Shown here in pieces: positions 37,066 to 47,700 of a stretch of 60,000 nt of DNA; position 1 is the first letter of the stretch; every line of letters starts with the position of its first letter. The stretch comes from Lama glama (taxonomy: Eukaryota), in contig CM052816.1 in the NCBI GenBank assembly GCA_028534125.1, forward strand, positions 100,752,001-100,812,000, in the 5' to 3' direction. Position numbers and translations under genes: made by a program. The notes under the pieces were generated by a model, which had not been told where the DNA came from, did no database searches, and was given only the letters and a program-made list of their open reading frames with translations.

Positions 37066-40000
37066 AGAAAACTAGAGTCGGAACCTCCCAGTCCGTAGTT
37101 GGATCCGGTGGGGGCGGCGTGTGGGAGGCTGAGCTCCCCACGTGCCTGGGGAACTGGGGGGCCGAGAACGTTCAGGTACAAAAACCTGCTTTGAAACAAG
37201 TTTCATGTGACCCCTTTGCTGTTGCCAGAAGCATGTCTTCCTTAAAGTCTTCCTCTTCCGTTGCCCTGAAAGGTCCTCTAACAGTGAGACTGTGCCAGTA
37301 ACCAAAACACTGTGGACACCGCTCCGTCCTTCGTACATAGGACATGCGTGCGGCACAGAGGGGAGCAGCGCGGCATCGCCTGAAACCCCTAGGCCATCCT
37401 CAAGCACATGTAACAAATGTTCAATAGCTTCAGACCTTCCCCAGGAAAACAACTGCGGACTGCTACAGGCGTCTGGAGTTTAGAAAGAACTTGGTGGTTC
37501 TGTGTCGTCTTTCAGCTGCAGGGCAAGTTCTCCAGTCGGAGCCGCTGCGCCGCTGAGCGGCTGACACTCAGACGTGCAGACGCCAAATGCCCGCCCGCGG
37601 GCTCACAGCAGAGCTTAAGGGCCGCCTGACCAGCAAAACTGCACCAGCCTCATCTCTCTGAACAGGATTCCGAAAATGTGGACAGCAAGCTAAGCTCTCC
37701 CACCACACCCAGAGTCTGTGATGCAGGGAACCAGAGGGTCGAGCCGACTTTTCTGAATGCTGCTTAAACTCTTCAGAGACTGTAGAATGACTGGCAAGCA
37801 CTTCCGGGAATTTGAGAAAAGCTCCGAAAGTTCCTTCACATGTGAATGAGCAGCGTGCCAGACACAAATTCAACTCAGTAAACTGACTTGGAAGCGGAGT
37901 CCAGCCTCCCCAAGGCCCTCTGAACCCTGGGTGTTCCCCGGCACGCGGCGGCGGCACAGGGCTGGGTGTCCCCCGGGCACAAGCAGAAAATCCCGTGCTC
38001 CTTCCTGCCCCGGTTATACAATGGGTGTTGTTTTCTACGAGGTGCCACGCGCGCCCGCGGGCGGCCTCCGGACAGGCACACGTGCGTGTCTGGGGGCTCG
38101 GTCTGCATCCCCGCCCTTCCGGCCACCGGAGTTAGCGCATCTCCCTCCACAGTGCCAGCCACGGGCCGCGTGTCCCCATGGGGCCCCGCAGTCAGCCGCT
38201 GGCCTGGGTTGTGACATATTTGATATCTAGCAAGCACTGAGGGTCTCTCCAAAGATGCTCTAAGGCTCCCCAACAGCATCTCTTGTTCTCACCCAGAGAA
38301 AGGGGCGTACACAGAGCCTCCAGTCGGTAAGCCAGCTCCTTTACCCTCTCCCTTGGGAGCCCTGATTACAGCAGGAGAAGAGGGCAGGGTGCTGCCCGGC
38401 GAGAGCAAGCCGCACGTTGTCAGGCAGGCGTGGGTCGCTGGGGTTTAGCAAGCAAAGCCGTGTCCCGTCTGAAGAGCCCTTGATTCCACTCGACTGTGTC
38501 GGATTGTTAAAAACGCAAACATTGTGTGTGACTGTTCATTTTTGTCACCTGCTCCCGAGTAATCCCCTTCTAACTGGCATTTGTGGACCCTGAAACCTCA
38601 CACACTTAATTAAATTAGTGACACCGCTGTCTTCTCGCTTCCCTAGCACAGGGCTGCACTCGGGAGAAAGAAACCCTTTGTTCCCCGCTACTCCGTGTAA
38701 TTTATACTCTTCTCTCCCCTTGTCTCGGCCCGCTCCTGGCTCAGATGCTGAACTGCAGCCGGTAATAGGGAGCTATTAAGTTAGCGGAGCATGTCAAAGA
38801 GCAGCCGGTGGGGTCCCGCGGAAGGACGCGGTTCCCGTGAAACAGCAGAGTCAGGAGGCCTGCGTCCAAATGTGCAGGATGGCTTTGTGCCGAAAGTCAC
38901 ACTTTTTGAACTAAAACGTTTGACCTCGAGAGACAGCGGGGAGGAGAGGGCTGCTACTGAGGAGGGATGGAGGCAGAGCCCTGGGCCTCTGACCCGGCTC
39001 TCAGCCGCGGAGCCAGTGAGGGCGGGGCTGCAGAGATGCGCTGGGAGCCGTCACGTGTAACTCAGACCTAGCGCCTTAGCCCTGCAATTATCCTAATTAA
39101 CAGTTAATCAGAATAACAGTGTAAGTGAGCGACTGGGAAGAGATCTGTTTTTCAACAGAAAGTTCCAGGGTGCTGTGATGCCCCACCTCTGGGGTTTCCC
39201 GGGCCCACACCCTCGTCTGTGCCGATGCTGAGACAGCGCCTGGCGTGGAGTTTCTTGGTACGCCAGGTGCTGGCCCTTGCGTCCTGAAGACGCAGGACCA
39301 GTGAGGGACACGGGAAAGCTGACCACGCAACACCTAGCACCTTTCCATCCTTTAACCAAAGAAGACACGTCAGGCGCTTTCGCAGGCTGAGCCCTGGGGA
39401 CCCTCTGAGCTCGAGGGTCCCACCCCAGGACAGCGCGCCCGGGCTGCCCGAGCAGGTGGCAGTCCACTGTTCACCTCGGTCCTGCTGGTCATCAAAGCGG
39501 AAGACACACTCCCCACGGCCCACGGGGGCTTGAGGGCATTTTAATGTCCTCTTGGCTTGTCCTTCCTCGGAAGGTCGCCTGGTTCGTGCAAGCAGACCCT
39601 GGCAATCGGCACTGACTTCTGAGTGGGTTTTGGGTGACCTTGTTTTCCCTCAGCACTGCAGGTGCACTTGTGGGCAGCTGACCCCCAGCACCCGGCCACT
39701 GCATGGTACAGGTGCCCACACACCTGGACCCTCAGTCCTCCACTGGTGAAGCAACAGCCAAAGATGAGATTCCGACTGAACCAGTCAAGACAGCCGCGGA
39801 AAACTGCACGGTTAATGCAAACGTAGGAAGTGTGGGAAGAGTCTGAGGTATGTTTTGAAGGCACAAGTCTAAACCTGCTGACAGGAGATAGCAGATCTCC
39901 CCCTGTGCCGCTGGTGAAGGTGTGTGCACCCTCATCGCCACCTGATGGCCAGGCAGCCGCCCATGTTCCCCCACGAGCCACTTCTTCAGGAAGAATTACC

Positions 40001-41814
40001 TGGCATCAGTCTTGTCATTATATGATTATGTTGATCATGCTAACGACACAACAGAATTGATCCCAAGACAGTGGGCTCATTACTGGTGGATTATCTGGCA
40101 GATGATGACCACAGATGGATTTGGGGGAAGCACCTTAGAAATGTACCAAACCAACTCATGCTGGTTACAGACGTCAAAACCTCCTTGCTCAATATTCCAA
40201 ACCACAAATGCAGTTTATAAAAAAAACCCAGCAGGGTGCTTGCGGCTCTGAATACGTACAGAATATGGAATGGATCCCTTAGGATCAAATGAAGGCTAGA
40301 AAAAAATGGGGCAAAATGCTGCCCCGGGGATAGTCCAGCAGAAGGAGGAGGACGATTCCCAGAGCTGCAGGGCCACACAGAGTGGAGCACTTAACCCAGA
40401 GCGGTCGGCCTGGAGGACGACCAGAAGGAGCTCCTGCAAGACAGGCCTCATGAGGCAGATGAGGGAATGAAGTCAATTTTAAAATCAAATTCCACCTTCT
40501 AGACATGGAGCTTACACAACCTGTTGGTCCTCGATCCTACGATTGATCCGTTCTCCTAATTTCAAGATTGGGGTGAGGGCAGCTGTGTACAAACTCTGAT
40601 TTTCACCAGCCGCTCCTCTGGTCGGTTGGTGGTGGACCTGGGACGCAGACGTCAAGCTCCTTGGCTCCATCTTCCAGTTCCCACGGCACAGGTGAGAAAC
40701 AGCAGTGAGACCATTCTCATCAAGACGTTTGGAAATGCATCCTGCAGAAACCAGGGAGGGGGTCAGGTCCTTCTAAGGCCGCGGCCGTCGGCGCAGGTGC
40801 ACAGAAGTCTGGGCAAAGCATCTCAGCCCCAACCCTGTCGGAAGGATGTCTCCACCGAGACCCAGCCGCAGGGTCTGGGGCGCCGGTGGAGCCCCGGGAG
40901 GCTCTCGGCCAGCAGTGCTGAACACAGGCTTGGACTACACTGTTCTCACCACACGGGCAACAAAACAGCTCGCTGTCTCTTTAACAACTTCTGCCAAAGA
41001 AGTAGATTTTTGTGACCCCAAATCATGACTTCTAACACTTGCCGTGCAACAGAAATGCCCATCTTCGTTTTTCTTTGAGGAAATTATACATGAACGCATT
41101 TATTTTATCACAGATTCACTTCAAGTAGTCGAAGAGCATTCATTTGCTCTCCTTTTCTGATCTCAGCATCATGGCCCCACAGCAACGACGCTGAAGATGT
41201 TTCACACATCGTGACGCTGGCTTGTGCTTAACCTGTGGTCAACACCGCGCCTTCGCTGGTCCCGACTTCTGCGAACCGAGCTTTAAATCTCAGGTAACAT
41301 AACACTGCGTGTCAAGAGCCCCTCAATCAAACTGGGGAAAGATTAAAATAAAAAATTTAAAAAGTGAAACAAACTTTTTAAACTGATGTCCCTGAATTCA
41401 GCGGTTCAGTTTTCAGGCACCTAAGTCCGATAGCCTTTATGGCATCACTTCATGGTGATACTCTCAGGAACACCATGGACGCTTTCTCCCAGACCTTCAA
41501 AATTGCAGACCCACCATATCTGGCGCCAGGCTGCCTTGTAGACTTGCCGAGAAAGGACATTCACTTCGGGCGCAGCATCCTGTGGAGTCCTCAGTCCGGG
41601 TGCAGCCGACTTCTTGCTCAACAGCTTCTTCCAAACCGTCTGACTGGTTGTACGCAAATCTGTATTACGCTGGTTGCCACGGTTCCCAAGTCCCTTCTCT
41701 TCTCTGCAAAATCCCCCGGCTGGCCGTTCCCAGAGCTGTTAGCTCCACAGAGCAGGCTCCATCACTGACCAAAGGTGCTTGTTGAAAACCCTGACCCCTC
41801 GGACCACTTTGTGT

Positions 41815-42182
41815 GCATCTCAGTCTGTTCAAGCTACTAAAACAAACACCACAGACCCCAGATGGGGGCGCTTAAGCCATGAGCACTCACTTCCTGCAGG
41901 CGGGGAGCCGAGAGCCCAAGCGCGAGGTGGGGGCAGACTTGGCGTCTGGCTGCGTCCTGCGTCTTGGATTGTGGATGGCCACCCTCTTGCCGTGTCCTCA
42001 CAGGGCGGGAGAGGCAGATCTGATTCTCTTTTCTTCTTATAAGGACACCAAGCCATCACAAGGGCGCCACCCGCACAGCCTCATCTCAGTCCCGTCACCT
42101 CCCAGAGGCCCGGCCTCCTCATGCCGTCTCACTGGGGGTTAGAGCCTCAGCGAGCCTCGGAGGGCAGGCGTTCAGTCCGCGT
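41815..42182 (-). mobile_element. MaLR solo LTR (MLT1A/MST-like)
   Basis: tctcagtctgttcaagctactaaaacaaacaccacagac, gtgtcctcac, ttcttataaggacacca, cctcatct...cacctcccagaggccc...ctgggggttagagc...gttcagtcc match the antisense MLT1/MST layout. Confidence 0.85.
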
Positions 42183-42388
42183 TTGTGCACTCTGTCACGG
42201 AGCTGGCAGACAGGAGGCAGCACCGGCTTCTATGTTGGTACATCAATGAAATTCAAAGAAGCACTGGATAGAAAGAGCAAAGAAATCAGAGGAAGGTGCA
42301 CACCAAAAATGTGTCAAATGGGAAACCTGCCGCAGGTAAGAGTTCTCCCCCAACGCCCGCCTAACACCAAAAACAAAAACAAAGAAGT

Positions 42389-42520
42389 GGGGCGGGCGCG
42401 GCTCAGGCGGTAGAGCGCGTGCTTGGCACACACCAGGTCCCGGGCTCAGTCCTTGCACCCCCACTGAAAGTAACTGTATGAAATAAGTTACCTCCCCCCC
42501 CAAATAAATTAATTTTAAAA
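42389..42520 (+). mobile_element. Vic-1-like camelid tRNA-derived SINE
   Basis: tRNA-like head GGGGCGGGCGCGGCTCAGGCGGTAGAGCGCGTGCTTGGCAC...GGTCCCGGGCTCAGTCC, then the characteristic TTACCTCCCCCCCC and an A-rich tail. Candidate TSD AAAAACAAAGAAG (42375-42387) / AAAAACAGAAGAAG (42517-42530). Confidence 0.85.
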
Positions 42521-42629
42521 ACAGAAGAAGAAACAAATAACAAAATGAGAAGCTAAGTAGCTTGGTGGCTTCTGAAGAGCTTGGACTGGTGAGTGAGACC
42601 AAGCCAGGAGGGGCAGCGGGAGCTTCCAG

Positions 42630-42810
42630 GAAGAACTGATGGCAGAAAACTCCTCAGAACTCAAGAAATGGAGACGTATTTAGGCTGAAGGACCCATCAG
42701 GAGACCCCTACTTTGGCGCTCCCTGGTAAAATCTCAGATTTCCAAGAATGAATGAAAAACTCTAAAAGCTTCTAAAGATGAAAAGAAACAAAAAATATCT
42801 ATTTGATTAT
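42630..42810 (+). mobile_element. Ancient L1/HAL1 ORF1 fragment
   Basis: agaaaactcctcagaactcaagaaa...ggctgaaggacccatc...ctggtaaaatctcag...aaactctaaaagcttctaaag. Confidence 0.5.
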
Positions 42811-42929
42811 CCACAAAGAGAACAACAAATACAGCCAAAGCAAAGAAGAAACACCACAACACACAGCCCGGCAAGGAGAAGGGAGGAACGTGTCGCCGCC
42901 TAAAATTCCCCACCAGACACAACGCTGTC

Positions 42930-43771
42930 TTTTAAAAAAAAAAATTGTGCACAGTTTTTAATGGTTACTTTCCATTTACAGTTATTACAAACTGTTGGCC
43001 CCATTCCCATGTTGTGCAGCTCAGCCTGACACCCGACAGCTTGTGCCCCCCTCGCCCACCCCTACTTGCCCCTCCCCACGCACTGGTAACCACTAGAACC
43101 AGCCTGTCTTCTGTCTCTGTGAGTCTGCTGCGTTTTTGTTGTGGTCACTAGTTTGTTGTATTTTTTAGATTCCACGTATAAGCGATCCCCTACAGCATTT
43201 GTCTGTCTCTGACGTATTTCACTTAGCATAATGCCTTCCAAGTCCACCCATGTTGCTGCTAATGGCAACATTTTGTTCTTTTTCTGTGGCTGAGTAATAT
43301 TCCATCGTGTACATGCTCTACACCTTCTTTATTTGCATGTTGATGGGCACTTAGGCTGCTTCCATATCTTGGAAATTGTAAATAGTGCTGCTATGAACGT
43401 TGGGTTGCATGTATCTTTCTGAATTAGCGTTTTTGTCTCTTTTGGACCCAGGAGTGGAGTTGCTGGGTCATATATCTATTTTTAGTTTTCTGAGAAACCT
43501 CCAGACTGTTCTCCACAGTGGCTGCACCAGTTTGCATTCCCACCAGCAGTGCAGGAGGCTCCCTTTCCTCCGCAGCCTCTCCAGCATTTGTTATTTGCAT
43601 GCTTTTTGATGGTGGCCATCTGGACAGGTGTGAAGCCATATTTCATTGTGGTTTTGACTTGCATTTCCCTGACGATTAGGGATGTTCAGCATCTCTTCAC
43701 ATGCCTGTGGCCATCTGCATTTCCTTTCTGGAAAAGCTCTGTTCAGTCTTTCTGCACATTCCTTAATCAGG
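42930..43771 (-). mobile_element. 5'-truncated cetartiodactyl L1 (ORF2 C-terminus plus 3'UTR), antisense
   Basis: Minus-strand peptides MLPLAATWVDLEGIMLSEIRQ (43062..43271) and [10 protein letters not shown]...KCWRGCG (43482..43664); 3'UTR ggttactttccatttacagttattacaaa. Confidence 0.94.
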
Positions 43772-43789
43772 TTCAGGAACAACTGCTCT

Positions 43790-44270
43790 TCACGTGGTGA
43801 TATATTTCCTTCTAGTTTTTCCCTCTGCCTATAGAATATGTGTATTTAATTTTTTAAATGTACATTGTTTCAACTAAAACTTTGTGAAGAGTTCTTCCTG
43901 ATATGAAACACTCCTCCATAATATCTCTTGGTCTTATAATAGCTCATCTTATGGAGAGAACTTTTTGAAAATAATCTTTCACTGTTAAACGTATAGGTTA
44001 TTTCAGTTTTTCAATATCCTAGTATCAGCTCAGTAGACACTTTATACCCAGTTTTGCACTGTTGTGTCTGAGCGTCTCCGTCTCCCCCCTAGTTTAGCGA
44101 TGAGAAGGGAAATGACCAGGGAGGAGCTGGACTGAGAATGCCCTTCACCGCCGACACGCTTCTTCCCGTGAGCGACTCGAGGGCCCTCCTGCCTGCAAGG
44201 TCGGGGCCGTTCCTTCCAAAGTCCGTGTTGTTTTTGTCTCGGGTCATTTAGTAGAAAAACCGTAAGCCTC
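43790..44270 (-). mobile_element. Old L1ME-type 3' fragment
   Basis: T-rich, with actgttaaacgtataggttatttcagtttttc resembling antisense L1ME. Confidence 0.5.
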
Positions 44271-44559
44271 TTTCCTTTTGTTTAGTTACTTAGCTCTGTT
44301 CTCTAACGAAAGGGAGCACTCGACAGGCCTTTCCCAGCCTCGTGCACGTCTCCTCCGTGACTGTCTGTGCCTGCGCCCACGCCTGGGCAGCCGGTCTCTG
44401 GGGCGATGCCCGCATCACGTCTTAGCCCTGCCTCCTCCTGGAGCTCTGGTTCCACCTCACCGCCTGAGCCTCGCCTCCGCCAGGAGGCCCAGGTCAGAAG
44501 GGCAGTTTCCCCACATCTCGGTAAATATGGAAGCATGACTGCTGGCTGTTGGGGACCAG

Positions 44560-44745
44560 AAGCTCCCAGAACCCTCCCCCGTTCTCTCACTCAGTCACAC
44601 CCATCCAGCAGCAGCCCCACCAGCTTGGCCTCAGAAAGTGTCTGGACTCCAGGGGGCCTCCTCCTTGTCCTCAGGGCCACCCTGGTCCACGCCACTGGCA
44701 TCTCCCCGGACTCCTGCAGCACCGGCTGGCCCAGCTCACCCCTGA
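44560..44745 (+). mobile_element. L2 fragment
   Basis: ttctctcactcagtcacacccatccagc...gccaccctggtccacgccactggcatctccccggactcctgcagc matches L2a CCACCCTGGTCCAAGCCACCATCATCTCTCGCCTGGA. Confidence 0.65.
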
Positions 44746-47700
44746 CCTTGGGACACAACCACTTCTTCACCGGCTACCATGTCCCACTCCCCCCCACTGC
44801 CCCTCCTCTCTCCACCCTGCTCCTCAGACAGACAGACAGACAGACTGACTGCACCCACATCACCTCCTGCTGTTTCTGGAACATGGAGCGAGACTGGCCT
44901 GTGAGCCTCGGAAACTGCCCCTGGGGTGTCACCGCCCCGCTCCCCTCCCGCGCACTGGCAGGGACCAGCTCCCTACAGCCACGCTCGGAGCCTCCCCTCC
45001 CTCCCTCCAGGCCTTTTGGGCTTTGATGGTGCCATCAGCCCCGTCGGTGTGCACGTGTGCGCGGCGTGCTAAGTGTGCGCGTGTGCGCGTGCCTGTGTGT
45101 GTCGGCGCACTGCTTTCTGCTGGCCCATCCCACTGCAGTAAACCCAGGTGGGGACAGGACCTTCTCGGAACTGCTCACCGCAGCTTCCTCGAGCCCAGGG
45201 CAGCCTGGTGCCGCCCCGGAGCGCCCGCACGGTGGCACGGCGGGCTGAGCAGGGCGGTCACCGCAGCCCCTCCCCGCGGCGCCGTCCGTGTTGCTCCGCA
45301 CTGAGAGGTCTTCCCAGCAGTTCAGGAGGCTTTGATGGTGCACATCCGTTTTAAAAACCCTCTTTTGGGATGAAATCGAGCTTCGTTAATAGAACAGTCC
45401 TTCTTTTGCCTTGTTCTCCTTAAAAAAGACGGCTTGCAGTCTCAGTATGTGTTACACGCGAGGTTTTCTCCGACCCAGTCGGCCCGGTCGGAACCTCTGG
45501 TCTTAGCCGTCGTTGTGACTGTGCTGAATGCTGCTCGCTGGTTCCTAACGCTTGTTCAGTTCCGCTGGGGTGTCTGAATTTGCTCAGCTTCTCCATCCTC
45601 CGAGGGGGTGATCTGGTCTCGCCAGGGCCCCACGTCACCGGCAGGCCAGCCGCACCCTGAGACTGGCAGGACCGGCTCCCTGGGGCCGGCGGGTGGTGGG
45701 GCTGGGGCCACCTCTGCCGCCCGTCCAGCCCCTCTGGGCCCTGGGAGCTGCTCCCGGGAGGGTCTCAGGAGATGGCGGGCAGGGTCAGCCCCAGGCGACC
45801 CGGCTCCCATCCACTGTGCTGTTGCCCGCGTTGGCGCGTCGGTGCGTCACTGGCCGGGATGGGGTGGTTTCTGGGTGCCGTGTCTTCATTCCCCTGCTAA
45901 GATTGACCAGAAGTGACCTGCAACGTTGAGATTAGGTCTTATTGTTCTTCAGAGGGTCCGCTCGGATGCTAAGCTTCCGCGCTTAAGACTCCAAGTTCAA
46001 GTGGCTCTAACAAGGCTGACACACGACGAGAAGCAGCGGCTGCCTCTGCACACATCTAATCCGCTTGCAGCCTGCGAGTCCACGTCCCACGGCATCTGTC
46101 TGCGTCTGTAGCTGCAGTGCCTGCACCCGTGTCCACGGCGCACCTGAGTCATCCCTGTCGGCAGCAGCATGGTCTGTACCTGCTCTCGTGTGTAGGCACC
46201 TCCCGGTGCGAGGCTGCGTCATCTCTGCCCATGTCTAGCCCTCATCCACGGCCACGTCTACAGCTCGCAGACACGCATGTGCTTTCCCCGGATTTCTTAA
46301 GAGACTTGACGTTTCTAGTCAACAAAGAATGTGGTGCACTGGGACAAAATCTCTCTGGAATCATTGTTAGAATCCATAAAAGCACAGATGGACAGACAGA
46401 TAGGCGGGCGGCTGTCTGCCTGTGCCTGCCCCAGCTCAGCCATGCGTGGCCCCAGCCCTCGTGGCTGCTAGGACCAGGCCAGCGCCGGGGTGGGGTGTGG
46501 TTCCTCGTGGCTCGGACAGTCCTGGGCGCTCTTTATCTGGATGCCCGCACCTCCTGACTCCTCGTCTGTCAGGCGGGGGCTCTGCTCTGCCTCCTGCGTG
46601 GCTTCGATGAACAGAAAGGTAAAAGGGCACAGGCTGCAGCTGGCCCGGAAGGTGACGGCGCCCATGACCTTCCTCCAGACGGGAGCGAGCGTCCCGGAGC
46701 CACCCCAGCCCTGGATTCGGTGCCCCTGGACCTGCAGTCACAGACACAGTTACTGAGGACACCTTCCTCAGTCTCCACAGGATGGGGCATTCCACGCCCC
46801 GGTGGGTGGAGGAGAGCCCCGCCTGGCCCTGGCACCCCGCCCCGAGCTGCCCGCCAGCCCTCACCCGCAGCCACAGGGCCTCGTGTGGCAAGCCACCTCC
46901 TGGCTCCCTGGAGCTGCTGGCTCCTGAGACCCCCTGACTGCATCTGACAGATGCACAGGTCACAGGCGAGCTTGGGCCAGAAGCGGGTCCTCAGGTGCAG
47001 GGGGCAGGGCCAGGCCCTGCGTCTGCCCTGGCGAGGACCTGTCTCTCCCCAACACGGAGAGGAGGCTGGAAACCCCCAAGGAACTCAGTAAAGTCAATTT
47101 ACTCATAAAGCGGCAGTGGGTTACGATAGGATTGAGATTTTTCAATTGACTGCTGTAAAGGGAAGTTTTAAAGTCACATCTAATTTGATTTAATAGGGTT
47201 GCGTCCCCCGCGCAGTGGAAAAATGGGTCGCAGACAGAAGTGTGACTTTTATTTAAATGTCTTCGTGTGAGCGAAGCGCCTCAGCCTCCTGGGGGCACGG
47301 AGCGAGGGCAGGAACGACCAGCTGCAGTGGCCACAGGGTCACAAGCGGGAAGCTGGAAGCGGTTCCCAACAGACAGGACCCGTGTGTGACCGTGGGACAC
47401 TGTCCATCCCCAGCCTCGAGGAGGGAGCCGAAGAAAGCTGCAAGGCGTGTGTCACTCCCGGGGCACCGGAGCAAAGAGGAAGCACAGAGGTAAGGAAGCG
47501 GGCTCCACCCTGAAACGCTCTCCTCTGCCACCCGCAGCCTCATGCCGGCTGGGTGTCCGATGCGTTTCAAGCACTGAAGGGAAAGACACATCTTAGCCAC
47601 ACGGTCACTTAGGAATGGGGAGGCTGGAACACGCCCGGCGTGCCCACCCAGGATCAGGACCCGGGGCGCCTGCTAAACTCTAACCACGAACCTATGACGC

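Noticed and set aside
42389..42465. tRNA-Ala-like sequence
   Set aside because: It is the SINE head: B box and stems are broken, and it is followed by the SINE tail and TSD.
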